NCBI GenBank assembly: GCA_949739465.1
Contig: CATIYQ010000065.1
Span: forward strand, 1 to 35,737
From: an uncultured Peptococcaceae bacterium
GTDB lineage: Bacteria; Bacillota; Dehalobacteriia; UBA4068; JAAVYR01
DNA: 35,737 nt
Direction of reading: 5' to 3'
Below the pieces are notes generated by a model. It worked only from the letters and a program-made list of their open reading frames with translations, made no database searches and had not been told where the DNA came from. This document shows positions 35,420 to 35,737 of the stretch, one piece after another. Within the stretch, counting starts at the first letter, position 1, and each line of letters starts with the position of its first letter. The position numbers and the translations under genes were made by a program.

Positions 35420-35626
35420 TACCCCCCAAAAATATTTTTTTTGCGCCCCCCTAAATGCCGTTCCCATGATTCATTTTATGAATAACAGCCCATGATTGTG
35501 ACAGGGATTTCCTCTTTATTCAATATTATTGCATAAAATCTAAAAAGCAGCGCATATTAAGGAAGATTTCTCAGAAAAAAACCACAGCAAAACAAAGAAA
35601 TTTAGCAAATTTTCCAAGGAATATTA

Positions 35627-35655
35627 TTGACAAGCGATTGGTTGTTTGTTATGAT
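35627..35655 (+). promoter_or_regulatory. Sigma-70/SigA-type promoter for a plus-strand tRNA operon
   Basis: TTGACA (35627-35632), 17 nt, TATGAT (35650-35655), preceded by an AT-rich UP-like region. The tRNA starts about 13 nt downstream. Confidence 0.7.
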
Positions 35656-35667
35656 AGTTTTTGCTGT

Positions 35668-35737
35668 GGTGGGTGTGGCGAAGCGGCCGAACGCACCGGA
35701 TTGTGGCTCCGGCATTCGAGGGTTCAAATCCCTTTAC
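35668..35737 (+). tRNA. tRNA-His (anticodon GUG) with encoded G-1; 3' end cut by window edge
   Basis: G(-1) plus acceptor GTGGGTG. D-arm GCG-AAGCGGCCGAA-CGC. Anticodon stem CCGGA/TCCGG with loop TTGTGGC. T-arm GAGGG-TTCAAAT-CCCTT. The window ends three nt into the 3' acceptor strand. Confidence 0.8.

Noticed and set aside
35420-35452. CCCCCC-AAAAA-TA-TTTTTTTT-GCG-CCCCCC tract, considered as a terminator hairpin or a phase-variable homopolymer.
   Set aside because: The two C-runs are on the same strand, so they cannot pair. The tract sits immediately upstream of the tRNA-Gly -35, where an A/T-rich UP element is the simpler explanation. No coding sequence is adjacent to make slippage meaningful.

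Overview
Core chromosomal region of a Bacillota (Firmicutes)-type genome, with almost every gene on the minus strand. Two conserved housekeeping superclusters are joined here. The first (read along the minus strand) is valS-folC-maf-mreBCD-PBP2-minCDE-rodA-(dead LytM protein)-(radical SAM/DUF2344/RNase G)-rplU-rpmA-obg-(orphan)-yhbY. The second is tRNA/aminotransferase-tig-clpP-clpX-(GNAT)-lon-engB. A feoA-feoA-feoB iron-uptake operon with a divergent DtxR-family regulator sits between them, next to a short cassette of unassignable small genes (21.3-22.6 kb). RNA features are a valS T-box leader, a candidate rplU leader and four tRNAs: Leu-UAG, Arg-UCU, Gly-UCC and a partial His-GUG. Several near-consensus sigma-70 type promoters and intrinsic terminators can be read directly. 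I found no CRISPR array, transposase, integrase, prophage or recognisable defence system, so this is not an obvious accessory island. The leads worth a second look are listed here. (1) The functionally uncharacterised radical-SAM/DUF2344/RNase G operon. (2) A MinC that consists only of the C-terminal domain. (3) A catalytically dead LytM protein in the SpoIVFA position with no SpoIVFB. (4) An orphan membrane-anchored protein between obg and yhbY. (5) The orphan small-protein cassette with an operator-like nested palindrome. (6) A repeated TAGTTA/CTAAC inverted-repeat motif around the feo genes, paired with a regulator carrying the iron-type Met/Cys/Glu/His ligand set. (7) A 49-aa Cys-rich ORF after feoB that is missing from the ORF track. 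All family assignments come from reading the translated sequences by eye; no database search was run.
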